Source: an uncultured bacterium (GTDB taxonomy: Bacteria > Auribacterota > Erginobacteria > Erginobacterales > Erginobacteraceae). From it: 64,000 nucleotides of DNA. Under the pieces are notes generated by a model. The model saw nothing but the letters and a program-made list of their open reading frames with translations, did no database searches and had not been told where the DNA came from. Shown here piece after piece: positions 53,752 to 64,000 of this stretch. Where the stretch lies: contig CAWGIE010000033.1 in assembly GCA_963822585.1 (NCBI GenBank), forward strand, positions 64,001-128,000, written 5' to 3'. Within the stretch, counting starts at the first letter, position 1, and each line of letters opens with the position of its first letter. A program made the position numbers and the translations under genes.

Positions 53752-54747
53752 TCACTCTTCACGTTCCCGGTCCAGCTCGGCCAGGAAGTCACGGTACCAG
53801 GCGATCGTTTCCCCCAGTCCTTCTTCAATCGTATAGGCCGGCTTCCATTCCAGCACCCGGCGCGCTTTCTCGGCCGAGAGATACTGGTGGTGGATCTCCC
53901 CCTTCACGGCATCGAGAACATCGGGTTTGATGTCTTCGCGGTCCATCAGCTTCAGGATCAGGTTAACCAGTTCCAGGACCGTAATCTGGCGCTCGTCGCT
54001 GAAGTTGAACGCCTCTCCGGCAACACCTTCCCGATCGGTCTGTTCCGCCATCAGGAGGTATCCTTTCACCGCGTCAAGGACATAAAAATAATCGCGGATA
54101 TAGGTGCCGTCGCTGCGGATGATCGGGGTTTCCCCGTAATAAACCGAACGGATGGTCCCCGGGATAATCCGGTTCCAGTTCAGGTCGCCTCCTCCGTAAA
54201 GATTACCGCAGCGGGCGATGGTCACCGGGAGCCCGTAGGTCTGAAAGTACGCCTGAGCGAGCAGGTCGGTGCAGCTTTTGGAGACGTCATACGGATGGCT
54301 CCCCCGCAGCGCCGCCGCTTCCGTGTAGGGAAGGTCGGTGTGAATCCCGTACGCCTTGTCGCTGGAGGCGACGACCACCCGCTTGACCGTATTCACCTGC
54401 CGGCAGGCCTCAAGCAGGTTCCATGTCCCCCTGATATTCGATTCGAAGGTGGAGCGGGGAGAACGATTGGCGATGGAAACAATCGTCTGGGCGGCGAAGT
54501 GAAAGACCGTGTCGATCTCGTACTCGTTGATTGCCCTCTCCAGAAGATCGTAATCGGTCACGTCTCCCCGGACGATATTGATCCGATCCCAGCAGCTCAG
54601 CTTTTTCAGGTTCGACTGGGGGACCAGATCCCGGATCAACCCCAATACGTTGGCGCCGCGTCGATAGAGAGCCTCGGTCATCCAGGAACCGAGCAGGCCG
54701 GTGCATCCGGTGACAAGGACATTCTTATTATTCCAGAAATTATTCAT
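53752..54747 (-). CDS. rfbG: NDP-hexose 4,6-dehydratase, CDP-glucose 4,6-dehydratase-like
   Basis: [47 protein letters not shown]; next genuine gene downstream of rfbF. Confidence 0.7.
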   Translation of the reverse strand: MNNFWNNKNVLVTGCTGLLGSWMTEALYRRGANVLGLIRDLVPQSNLKKLSCWDRINIVRGDVTDYDLLERAINEYEIDTVFHFAAQTIVSIANRSPRSTFESNIRGTWNLLEACRQVNTVKRVVVASSDKAYGIHTDLPYTEAAALRGSHPYDVSKSCTDLLAQAYFQTYGLPVTIARCGNLYGGGDLNWNRIIPGTIRSVYYGETPIIRSDGTYIRDYFYVLDAVKGYLLMAEQTDREGVAGEAFNFSDERQITVLELVNLILKLMDREDIKPDVLDAVKGEIHHQYLSAEKARRVLEWKPAYTIEEGLGETIAWYRDFLAELDREREE

Positions 54748-54760
54748 GAGTTTACAACCT

Positions 54761-56280
<1,520 letters not shown>

Positions 56281-56327
56281 ATATCCGCTAAAGAGGAAAG
56301 CATGATATGCGGGATTCCTGAGGGGTT

Positions 56328-57110
56328 TTACTTCTTCCAAGGAGCATTACCGCTCATCCACAGTTTTTCCAAATTTTCCATGTCGCGGTAGGTGTCCATA
56401 CAGTGCCAGAAGCCTTCGTGCTGGTAGATCGCCAGTTCGCCGTCGCGGGCCAGGTTTTCCAGGGGTTCCCGTTCCAGGGAGCCGTCGTCGGAAAGATAAT
56501 CGAAGACCTCCTTCTGAAAAACAAAAAACCCCCCGTTGATCAGGCCGCTCTTGACCTGGGGCTTCTCACGAAACTCCCTGACCAGCCCGTCCTTCACCTC
56601 CAGTTCTCCGAAACGGGTCATCGGACGAACACCGGTCACGGTGGCCAGCTTTCCCTTCTGGCGGTGATAGGCAAGCAGCTGATCGATATCGATATCGGAA
56701 ACTCCGTCCCCATAGGTGACCATAAACGTGTCGCCGTCGATATAGGGCTCAACCCGCTTGATCCTGCCCCCGGTCAGGGTCTCGAGGCCGGTGTTGGCCA
56801 GGGTGATCCGCCAGTCGGGGTGAAGACGCGTGTGGGGCGTGATCACCTTTCCTTCCCCCAGATCGAGGGTGAAATCGTTCGTGTAATAATCAAAATTGAG
56901 GAAATAATCTTTGATCATCTCGCCCTTGTAGCCCAGTGTGAGAACAAACTGCTTGAATCCGTAGGCGGAGTAGATATCCATGATATGAATGAGGATCGGC
57001 TTCTCCCCGACCCGGATCATCGGCTTGGGCCGGTACTCGGTCTCTTCGACCAGGCGCGTTCCTCTTCCCCCGCAGAGAATCACTACTTTGATCGTATTTT
57101 TTTCTTCCAT
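56328..57110 (-). CDS. rfbF: Glucose-1-phosphate cytidylyltransferase
   Basis: VVILCGGRGTRL, PKPMI, LGYKGEMIKDYF, TGGRIKR, TYGDGV, INGGFF, HEGFWHCMDTYRD. Confidence 0.93.
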   Translation of the reverse strand: MEEKNTIKVVILCGGRGTRLVEETEYRPKPMIRVGEKPILIHIMDIYSAYGFKQFVLTLGYKGEMIKDYFLNFDYYTNDFTLDLGEGKVITPHTRLHPDWRITLANTGLETLTGGRIKRVEPYIDGDTFMVTYGDGVSDIDIDQLLAYHRQKGKLATVTGVRPMTRFGELEVKDGLVREFREKPQVKSGLINGGFFVFQKEVFDYLSDDGSLEREPLENLARDGELAIYQHEGFWHCMDTYRDMENLEKLWMSGNAPWKK

Positions 57111-57838
57111 TGCATCAGCTCCTTCCCCAGGCGGTATCTGACTATGTTGCGGATAAATTCAATAATCGCGGCGATATTGATATGGGAGAACCCTTTCCCC
57201 CTTTTCCGGAAGACAACCGGGATCTCCTTCACGGTCAGCTTCAAAATGCCGGCCTTGACCAGCAGTTCGGCGTCCACGAACCAGTCCCGGGAGGTAAGAT
57301 CGAAGATATCCAGCCATTCCCTTTTAAAGATTCGCGGCTTGGCGTTGATATCATAGAATGGCAGATTGAACAAGATGCAGAACATCATCACGTAGCTGTT
57401 GGATATCCAGCGCCGGGAGAAACCGTCCAGCCGCAGCGCGCGGCGGACCTTGATCAGGTCAAACCCGGAGTCCGCCCACCGCAGAACCCGCACCAGACCC
57501 GTCGGTCCGACCTGGCCGTCCCCGTCCATGTAGCCGATCCATTCCCCTTCAGCTTCCCGAAGACCGCTGATGACCCCCCAGCCGTACCCGAGGTTTTTCT
57601 TCACGGTCACCTCTTTCAGGCGCGGGTCCTCTTTCGCCAGCTGCCCGATCAGCCCCGAGGTCCGATCGGAGGAGCCGTTATTGACCAGTACCAGCTGAAA
57701 GTTGAAGCCGGCGGCGTCCAGCGCATCACGCAATCCTCCGACCACCGGTGCGATATTCTCCTCCTCATTATAGAAAATGAGAGCTAGTGAAAAATCATAC
57801 TGCCTTTTATTCTTTCGATTAAGTTCTCCTGAATTCAT
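57083..57838 (-). CDS. GT2 glycosyltransferase, polyprenol-phosphate-mannose synthase-like
   Basis: YNEEENI, VNNGSSDRT, NLGYG, YMDGDGQ, WFVDAELL. Confidence 0.85.
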   Translation of the reverse strand: MNSGELNRKNKRQYDFSLALIFYNEEENIAPVVGGLRDALDAAGFNFQLVLVNNGSSDRTSGLIGQLAKEDPRLKEVTVKKNLGYGWGVISGLREAEGEWIGYMDGDGQVGPTGLVRVLRWADSGFDLIKVRRALRLDGFSRRWISNSYVMMFCILFNLPFYDINAKPRIFKREWLDIFDLTSRDWFVDAELLVKAGILKLTVKEIPVVFRKRGKGFSHINIAAIIEFIRNIVRYRLGKELMQWKKKIRSK

Positions 57839-57839
57839 A

Positions 57840-59880
57840 TTGGTTGTGGGATTGGTGTTGTTGTGTGTTTAATGTTGTAGTTATAAATAGTAGGGGATGA
57901 GAGATAAGAGGTGGAAGGGTGTAGGAAGGAAAAGAAAGATAGATAAGAAGAAGAAGGTTGAAGATGAAGAATAAATGAAGCAGGATCATGTAAACTTATT
58001 AGAGCAGAACAGAGCAGGGGTATGAAGAAAAAAAAAAAGAAGAAAAGAAAGAAGAAGGAGAGAGAGGAAGGAGAAGAAAAGTAGAAGAAAGGAAGAGAAA
58101 AAGAGAAGAGGAAATAAGCGGAGGTAATAGAGAGAATAAAGGGAGGAAGGTGTGATGGAGAGAAAGAAGGAGAAAAAAAAGAGAGAAAAAGATAAAAAAG
58201 AAAAAAGAAGAAAAAGAAGAAGAAAAAGGAGAAAGAGAAAGAAGAGAAAGAAAAAAGAGTAAAAAAAAAAAGAAGAAAAAAGAAAAGAAAAAAAGAAAAA
58301 AAAAAAAAAAAAGAAAGAAAAGACGAAAAAGAAAAAAGAATCAAAAGAATTAAATGGTCGCTTATAGTACCCGAACCTACCGGCGGGAGTAAAGACACAA
58401 TGTCGTATTCGCCGGGTGGAGTATGATATGATAACAAACAGCCCAGGCGATTAGACCAAAAAATAGGGGGGAGAGAAGAATAAAGAGTAGTTTATTTATA
58501 AAAGAGTAGGTGATAAAATGTGATATAAAAAATAAAAAAAAAAAGAAAATAAGTGTAGAAAGAAATGAAGTAAAGAATAAAGAAAAAGAGAATAATATAA
58601 AAAAATTAAGATATGTATATGATATAAATATTTATAGATAGAAATAAAAAAATGAAAAAAAAAAAATGATAGAGATAAGAGTTGTAACAGATGGAATTGA
58701 GAGGATGGCGAAAATTATTAAGGTAGGAGGTATAGGAGGGAAAGAATATTAAAGAGGAAAATTATATGATTAAAAGGTAAGATCTGAGAATGCGAGGTAT
58801 TAAAAAGATAGCTTCTTAAACTTTAGGGGATGTATAGATAAGGATGATGACGGGGGTTCGGTGATTGAGAAGCCGCCGGTTGGATTAAAATGATATGAGG
58901 AAAAACAGGATACAGCCGTCTAAAGGAAAGGTTAAAAGGAAAGGCATAGAGAGAAGAAGGTGACAGTTCCCGAGAAGGGCTAAAGATAAGAGAAGATACC
59001 ATCTGCACTATGAAGACCAGGTCTTAGTAAAATTCGAGGGGGGAGAGTAATAATAAGGTGTAAAGAGGATGTATTATTTTTGAAAGGTAGAGGGATTAAG
59101 ATAGAAAGAAGAGATAGATAAAAGGGAAGTATAATAAAAGAAAGAAGAGTTAGATTATATATTAAAAGGGGTGATGAGAGGGAGAAAGATTAAGTAAATG
59201 AAAAAGGAAGACTTTTGATCAGGAGAAAAAAAATTACTAAATCTCTGGCTATGATACCCCAGGGGATCTTGTTGATACTTTTGCGCATAAAATAATCGTA
59301 GTAGATGGCAGCGAACAGAAAAAAAAGGAAAGGTGAAGGAGATAGGTTAATAAAGAGAGAGTATAGATAGGTATTGATAGGAAAGGTTGGATAGTTAGAT
59401 CGTGAAAGGGAACGTATATACTGACAACGTGACAGATCATATTCTCCTGTTCCGTTATGACCACCGTGGCGTACTCCACGAGGGAATAATGGTTTTATAC
59501 AACGGGGAGGGAAATTCAGATGCACTGAGGGGAAGGGGGATGAAAAACAGGAACGGAATCAACGAATTTTTAAAATGACGATAAAACATTTACTTCGCTT
59601 TCTCATAACAGTAAGAGAACAGAGTGACGATGATAAGGCGGGAAGCTGGGATAAACCCCGCCGCGCTTATTTCACCCAGCCGGTTATAATCGCTGAAAGA
59701 TGTCATTTCTTATTACTATAATCCGCTTAATCAAAAGAAATATATTACATAGATGATAGTAAGGGTGTATTAATTGGTTTGAGTAATAATAGTGACTTTC
59801 TATATAGGTAGACACTATTCGCACAGTTCTTATAGAGTACAGAGATAGGTATTCTGAGAGGAAAGGTAAGTTAAGAATTT
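57840..59880. other. Probable low-quality sequence (A/G-rich low complexity)
   Basis: Abrupt compositional shift, no credible ORF, purine runs typical of failed long-read basecalling. Confidence 0.75.
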
Positions 59881-60664
59881 TTACAGACGAAGTAATTTTA
59901 GGGTTTGCCGATTTAGGGAAACCTGGTTGAAAAAACAAATACGGCGGATTCGAATAATCCGCGGTAATTTTTCCCCAGCCGGTTTGGTCTTGGGAAATGA
60001 ATTCCAGGACCGTAAGCCCGGGGTGGCAGGGGTACATATTCTTCCCTGGGCCGGGTTTGATGCTGTTCTCAGGGTCAGAGGGAGACAATCCTGAATGGAT
60101 CCATACAGAAATCCCAATTTATCCAAGGCCGAAAAGGTATCGGAGGTCCGGAAAAACCGGGTGAACGATAGAAGGGGAGTAAAGCCGGAAGAGCCGAGAA
60201 TCTCCCTGCCTTTGCCGATTCTCGCCAGCTGGCCGGCTGGGGATACGGACGACAACTCTGCGCCGTTTTCCGGGGACGCGGAAAGCCGTATTGAGCTATT
60301 TCCTGTCCGCTCTTTTTCAGCTTGTGCAGGAGGATAATCCGCGGGTTCTTGACGCGAGTTCACTTCCTCGTAATAAAAAGGGGTGACAAAAAAAGTGCCT
60401 CTAACTCCCATCTTGCCGATCAGCAGACCAGGCTGACTATTGATTCGACCGGCGTATCATCTCGGAGCCCCTCGTTGGTAAAGACCGCGGCGATTGAAAA
60501 GTCTCCGGGTAAAGGTTAAGCGAAACCTCCTCATTCTCCCGGAAAGTAACCGGGGCATCCTCCAGGTACTCCCTCCAGACAGGATAGGTGTTATAGACCA
60601 CCCAGGCGCAGAGCAATGCCGTTAACGCGATCAGGAGCGGGAGAATTATGCGAGCCGGTTTCAT
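59881..60664 (-). CDS. Membrane-anchored polysaccharide deacetylase-like (NodB/DUF2334-like) protein, frameshifted; 3' end uncertain
   Basis: N-terminal TM; GVRGTFFVTP; ELSSVSPAGQLARIGKGREIL. Confidence 0.45.
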
Positions 60665-60877
60665 AAGGAATGTCCAAAAGAACGAATTGTTTTAGAACTT
60701 AGCCCTCGCGCAGTCTACGCCGATTCAACGGGGCTCGGGCGACTAAATAAAACTACGAATTACGCAAAACTTGTCCTGAGCGTAGCGAAGGATTACACGA
60801 ATTTCTAAAATATCCCTGCACTGTCGGTTCAATGCGTGCACATTCTTATTTTTTCAAAAAAATAAGATTATTGAAAT

Positions 60878-63454
60878 TCAAGGGAACCAGGCGGGGAGGT
60901 CGGGATAGACCGTCACCCGGTCGACCCAGAGCGGCGTCTCCCCGGTGGCGCTGACCCGGAACTCCAGCCGGTTCCCCAGACAATCGTTGGCGAAAGGAAG
61001 TGCGAACTCGACGAAACCGGAGCCTTCGGGGAAATCATCCCCGGTCAGTTCACGGACGGCCAGCGCCTTCTTCCCCAGGCCGGAGACCACCTCGATCCGG
61101 GCCCGGTTTTTCCCGCTCCCTCCCTCCCCGGCCCGGAGACGGAAGGACGCCACCCACGGCTGCGGAGGGAGGTTGACGTAGGGCCCCCAGACAAAGCATC
61201 CCGGCTCATCTCCTGGGGGACGATACGTCACCAGACGGCGGTCTGAAGAATCGCCGGCGGCCTCGTCCCGTCCCTCCGGAAAGGACAGTTCCCCGCCTTC
61301 GAAGACTCGGGTGTATTTTTCCCTCCACCATCCGGCATCTTCCCCGAAAACGTCCCGGAAGGCTTGATCGAAATGACCGGGTTCAAAATGAAATTCGCCT
61401 TTTTTCTCCCCGACCGGAGACCCCGTGTAACGTGCCAGGAGTCGGGCATCGATGATCGGTTTGATCAAGAACGCCTCCCCGTCATCCCCCGCCCGGGCCC
61501 GGATCCGGTAGAGGTAATCGAAAAAGGGGAAGCCTTCGCGGGGCTCAAAGAGCAGCAACTTCGGCTTCAGGTCGTCGGAGCGGATTTTTCTCTCCTCCCC
61601 GCCGACCGTTACTCTGAGGGTTGATCCCGGTATAGCCGGAAAAACAAGCAGGCCGATCCGGTCCAGCTTCGCCGGGGCCATTATCAGCCTTTCCACCGCC
61701 GACCTTCCCTCCACCCGGAAGCCGGTCTTCCCTAGGTACGTGAGGTCGTCTTCCAGGGTCATGATTACCGGAGAGGTATCGGAGTAATCGAAGTCGAGAT
61801 CCCGCAGCGGGATAGCCTGTTCTTCCCCCGCTGACTTCTCTTTCTTCAGGTAATAGATCTTGATGACGGGGTCAATGAAGCCGGTGTTCTCGAACCGGAA
61901 TGTCTTCACCGGGAACCGCCGGTCCAGTTCCCGGTAGTATTCCTGAGCGCTCTGATCGAAGTAAATATCATTGGGATCAAAAAATCTTTCATGCGCCGTG
62001 CTGCTGGAGACCAGGTAATCCACTCCTTTCGCCAGCAGCGAATCCAGGGGGAGCAGACAAAGATATTCCGGTTTTCCGATCACGTCGTAGGTGATATCGG
62101 AGATATGGGGAGAATACCGTTCCCGGACGATCCGGCTCCCCGGGGGTACGTTTTCCCAGATCCAGTCCCCGCTCAAGAGCCGGGTATCCCGCTGCCAGCA
62201 GCAATAGGCCACCCGGACATCGCTGACCACCGCCGGGAGTGCGATGGCCGCGGCCAGGACCCAGATGAGAATGACCTGGAGACCCGCGGGCAGCCGGATC
62301 TTCCTAATCAGGGTCACGATGAAGCAGGCGGCGATCAGGGGAATGAAGACCGTTCCGGGAAGAAAATCTTTGTGTCTGACGTTCGCCCTGAAGACGATGA
62401 CGGCCAACAGATAGACCAGCGGGAAGAAGACCAGGAAGAGTTCGTTGATCTTCCGGGTTTTGAAAGCCTTGATCGCTCCCAGAAGTCCCGTGGCCAGGAT
62501 CAAGACCCCGGTTCCGATTTTCAGGCTGGACGTATCGGCAAAGAACTGACGGAGATTAAGCCAGCGGTGGTACAGAAAAGAATGGGTCACGGTCGCGCGC
62601 TTATCCGTGATTAACTGATCCCGCCAGAAACGCGGTATCGCCCCCCGCCAGGCGGTCCAGTCCAGCCAGATGACGGGATAGGATATCCCCACCCCGAACA
62701 GGAAAAAGAGAAAAACACCCACAAGCCGCCCGTGGCGGACTGACCCCTCCCGGCCGTTCCGGCAGGCCCAGGTCCTTCCCAGGTGGGCCCCCAGCGGGGC
62801 GATCAGGGCCAGGGCGCCGTTGTGCTTCGCGCCCACCGAGAGACCGGCCGCCAGGCCGGCCAGGAGATACCATTTGAGGTCCCCTCGGGTGATAATATAA
62901 CTCGAGAAGAGAACGGCCAGGGCCACGAAAAAGGTGACGGTGATGTCGCTCTGGAGATACCGGGAATGGTTGACGATCTGGGGCATGAAAGCGGTCAGGA
63001 AGGCCCCGACCAGGGCGGCCTCTCTTCCCAGCAGATTGCGCCCCAAGCGGTAGATCAGGTAGACCAGCCCGGTCGAGAGCAGGATCTGGAGCAGCCGGTA
63101 GATCACGATCTGTTCGTTGAAAGATATCCAGCCGGTGAAAGAAAACGGCTGGGTCATGGTCAGAAAAGAGAGAGCCGCCCAAACATACTTGAAGCCGGCA
63201 TAGACCCAGCAGGCCGCGCCCATCAGGTACTGGGCGAAGAAGGGGTAGCAGATATTATGCCAGTACTCGGTAACCCCGGCCGGGCTTACCAAGCCCTCGT
63301 AAAAACGCTGGGCCCAGCGCTGGTAGAGACGCGCGGAGTCGTTATTGAAGAGCATCTCTTCCTGCTCGAAGAGGATACCCCACAACCGGAGCAGGAAGGC
63401 GGCCGACAGGATGAAGAAAAGGGTTATCTTCGTTCGGGTGAAGTCAGCCTTCAC
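60878..63454 (-). CDS. GT39/PMT-like membrane glycosyltransferase with a C-terminal soluble domain
   Basis: AFLLRLWGI, LIYRLGRNLLG, HSRYLQSD, GLSVGAKHNG, DTRLLSGDWIWENVPPGSRI. Start taken as GTG 63454, because the ORF extension to 63706 runs through the MITE. Confidence 0.8.
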   Translation of the reverse strand: MKADFTRTKITLFFILSAAFLLRLWGILFEQEEMLFNNDSARLYQRWAQRFYEGLVSPAGVTEYWHNICYPFFAQYLMGAACWVYAGFKYVWAALSFLTMTQPFSFTGWISFNEQIVIYRLLQILLSTGLVYLIYRLGRNLLGREAALVGAFLTAFMPQIVNHSRYLQSDITVTFFVALAVLFSSYIITRGDLKWYLLAGLAAGLSVGAKHNGALALIAPLGAHLGRTWACRNGREGSVRHGRLVGVFLFFLFGVGISYPVIWLDWTAWRGAIPRFWRDQLITDKRATVTHSFLYHRWLNLRQFFADTSSLKIGTGVLILATGLLGAIKAFKTRKINELFLVFFPLVYLLAVIVFRANVRHKDFLPGTVFIPLIAACFIVTLIRKIRLPAGLQVILIWVLAAAIALPAVVSDVRVAYCCWQRDTRLLSGDWIWENVPPGSRIVRERYSPHISDITYDVIGKPEYLCLLPLDSLLAKGVDYLVSSSTAHERFFDPNDIYFDQSAQEYYRELDRRFPVKTFRFENTGFIDPVIKIYYLKKEKSAGEEQAIPLRDLDFDYSDTSPVIMTLEDDLTYLGKTGFRVEGRSAVERLIMAPAKLDRIGLLVFPAIPGSTLRVTVGGEERKIRSDDLKPKLLLFEPREGFPFFDYLYRIRARAGDDGEAFLIKPIIDARLLARYTGSPVGEKKGEFHFEPGHFDQAFRDVFGEDAGWWREKYTRVFEGGELSFPEGRDEAAGDSSDRRLVTYRPPGDEPGCFVWGPYVNLPPQPWVASFRLRAGEGGSGKNRARIEVVSGLGKKALAVRELTGDDFPEGSGFVEFALPFANDCLGNRLEFRVSATGETPLWVDRVTVYPDLPAWFP

Positions 63455-63465
63455 TGCACATACCC

Positions 63466-63749
63466 AGGAGCCTGTCCGAGTAATGGCTCTCGACGCGTTT
63501 GGAGCGCCGGGCGGCCGGATGCAAGGCGCGGCGACGCAGGCGATGCTGAATGCATCGTTCCCGGCAAGCCGGGAGAACGCAGCAGACGGCTGCCCGCCGC
63601 CGAAACCCTTCGGGCAGCCGCCACGTGCGGCGCGACTCTGCGTTGCCGCGGCCTCGTAGTACCGTAGAGGGTACAACTTCGGCCTCGCGCCTTGATTCGC
63701 TTGCAAGTAACAGGCTGCGCGTCAGAGATCATTACTCGGACAGGCTCCT
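63466..63749. mobile_element. MITE-like element, 284 bp
   Basis: Perfect 20-bp TIR AGGAGCCTGTCCGAGTAATG / CATTACTCGGACAGGCTCCT, extending imperfectly to ~32 bp; no transposase. Confidence 0.8.
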
Positions 63750-63777
63750 AGATTGAAATTTTCCCGGAGGGAAAATT

Positions 63778-63999
63778 TTACAAGAAGATGCCGGCGATCG
63801 TCCCCGTCATGAAAGCGGCCAGGGTGCCCCCGATCATGGCCTTGAAACCGATACGGGCCAGGTCGTGGCGTCGCCCGGGCGCGATCCCGCCCAACCCCCC
63901 GATCTGGATGGCGATGGAACTGAAATTGGCAAAACCGCAGAGAGCGTAGGTGGCAATAACAATACTCCGGGGATGAAGCTTGACGCCTTCGGCGAGCAG
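63778..63999 (-). CDS. NupC/CNT-family nucleoside transporter, C-terminal fragment
   Basis: Manual translation: SIVIATYALCGFANFSSIAIQIGGLGGIAPGRRHDLARIGFKAMIGGTLAAFMTGTIAGIFL*. Confidence 0.9.
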   Translation of the reverse strand: MLAEGVKLHPRSIVIATYALCGFANFSSIAIQIGGLGGIAPGRRHDLARIGFKAMIGGTLAAFMTGTIAGIFL

Positions 64000-64000
64000 A

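Noticed and set aside
63455..63706. N-terminal 84 aa of the 942-aa ORF
   Set aside because: It is a translation of the MITE; hydrophobic GT-like sequence begins after GTG 63454.

Overview
GC-rich bacterial cell-envelope region. Most of it is a long minus-strand glycan biosynthesis/modification locus: about seven GT-C-like (PMT/ArnT-type) membrane glycosyltransferases, GT2 and GT4 enzymes, rfbF/rfbG-like CDP-sugar genes, an epimerase/reductase, three SAM methyltransferase genes, a B12 radical SAM enzyme, an acyltransferase, SGNH proteins and a flippase-like fusion. Two plus-strand blocks interrupt it. They carry seven secreted modular proteins (signal peptide + variable beta-propeller or SGNH domain + Pro/Thr linker + shared C-terminal FG-GAP/VCBS-like repeat module). 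The first block (~14.4-27.75 kb) is bracketed by a degenerate direct repeat that duplicates the 5' end of the adjacent gene. Many intergenic gaps hold short-period (7-9 bp) inverted-repeat elements from several families, a dispersed hairpin motif, REP-like palindromes or a MITE; no transposase or integrase is in the window. Sequence quality is limited: many single-base frameshifts, and poly-T/low-complexity junk at ~54.76-56.3 kb and ~57.84-59.88 kb, point to an unpolished long-read assembly. Product calls come from motif recognition by eye, not database searches.
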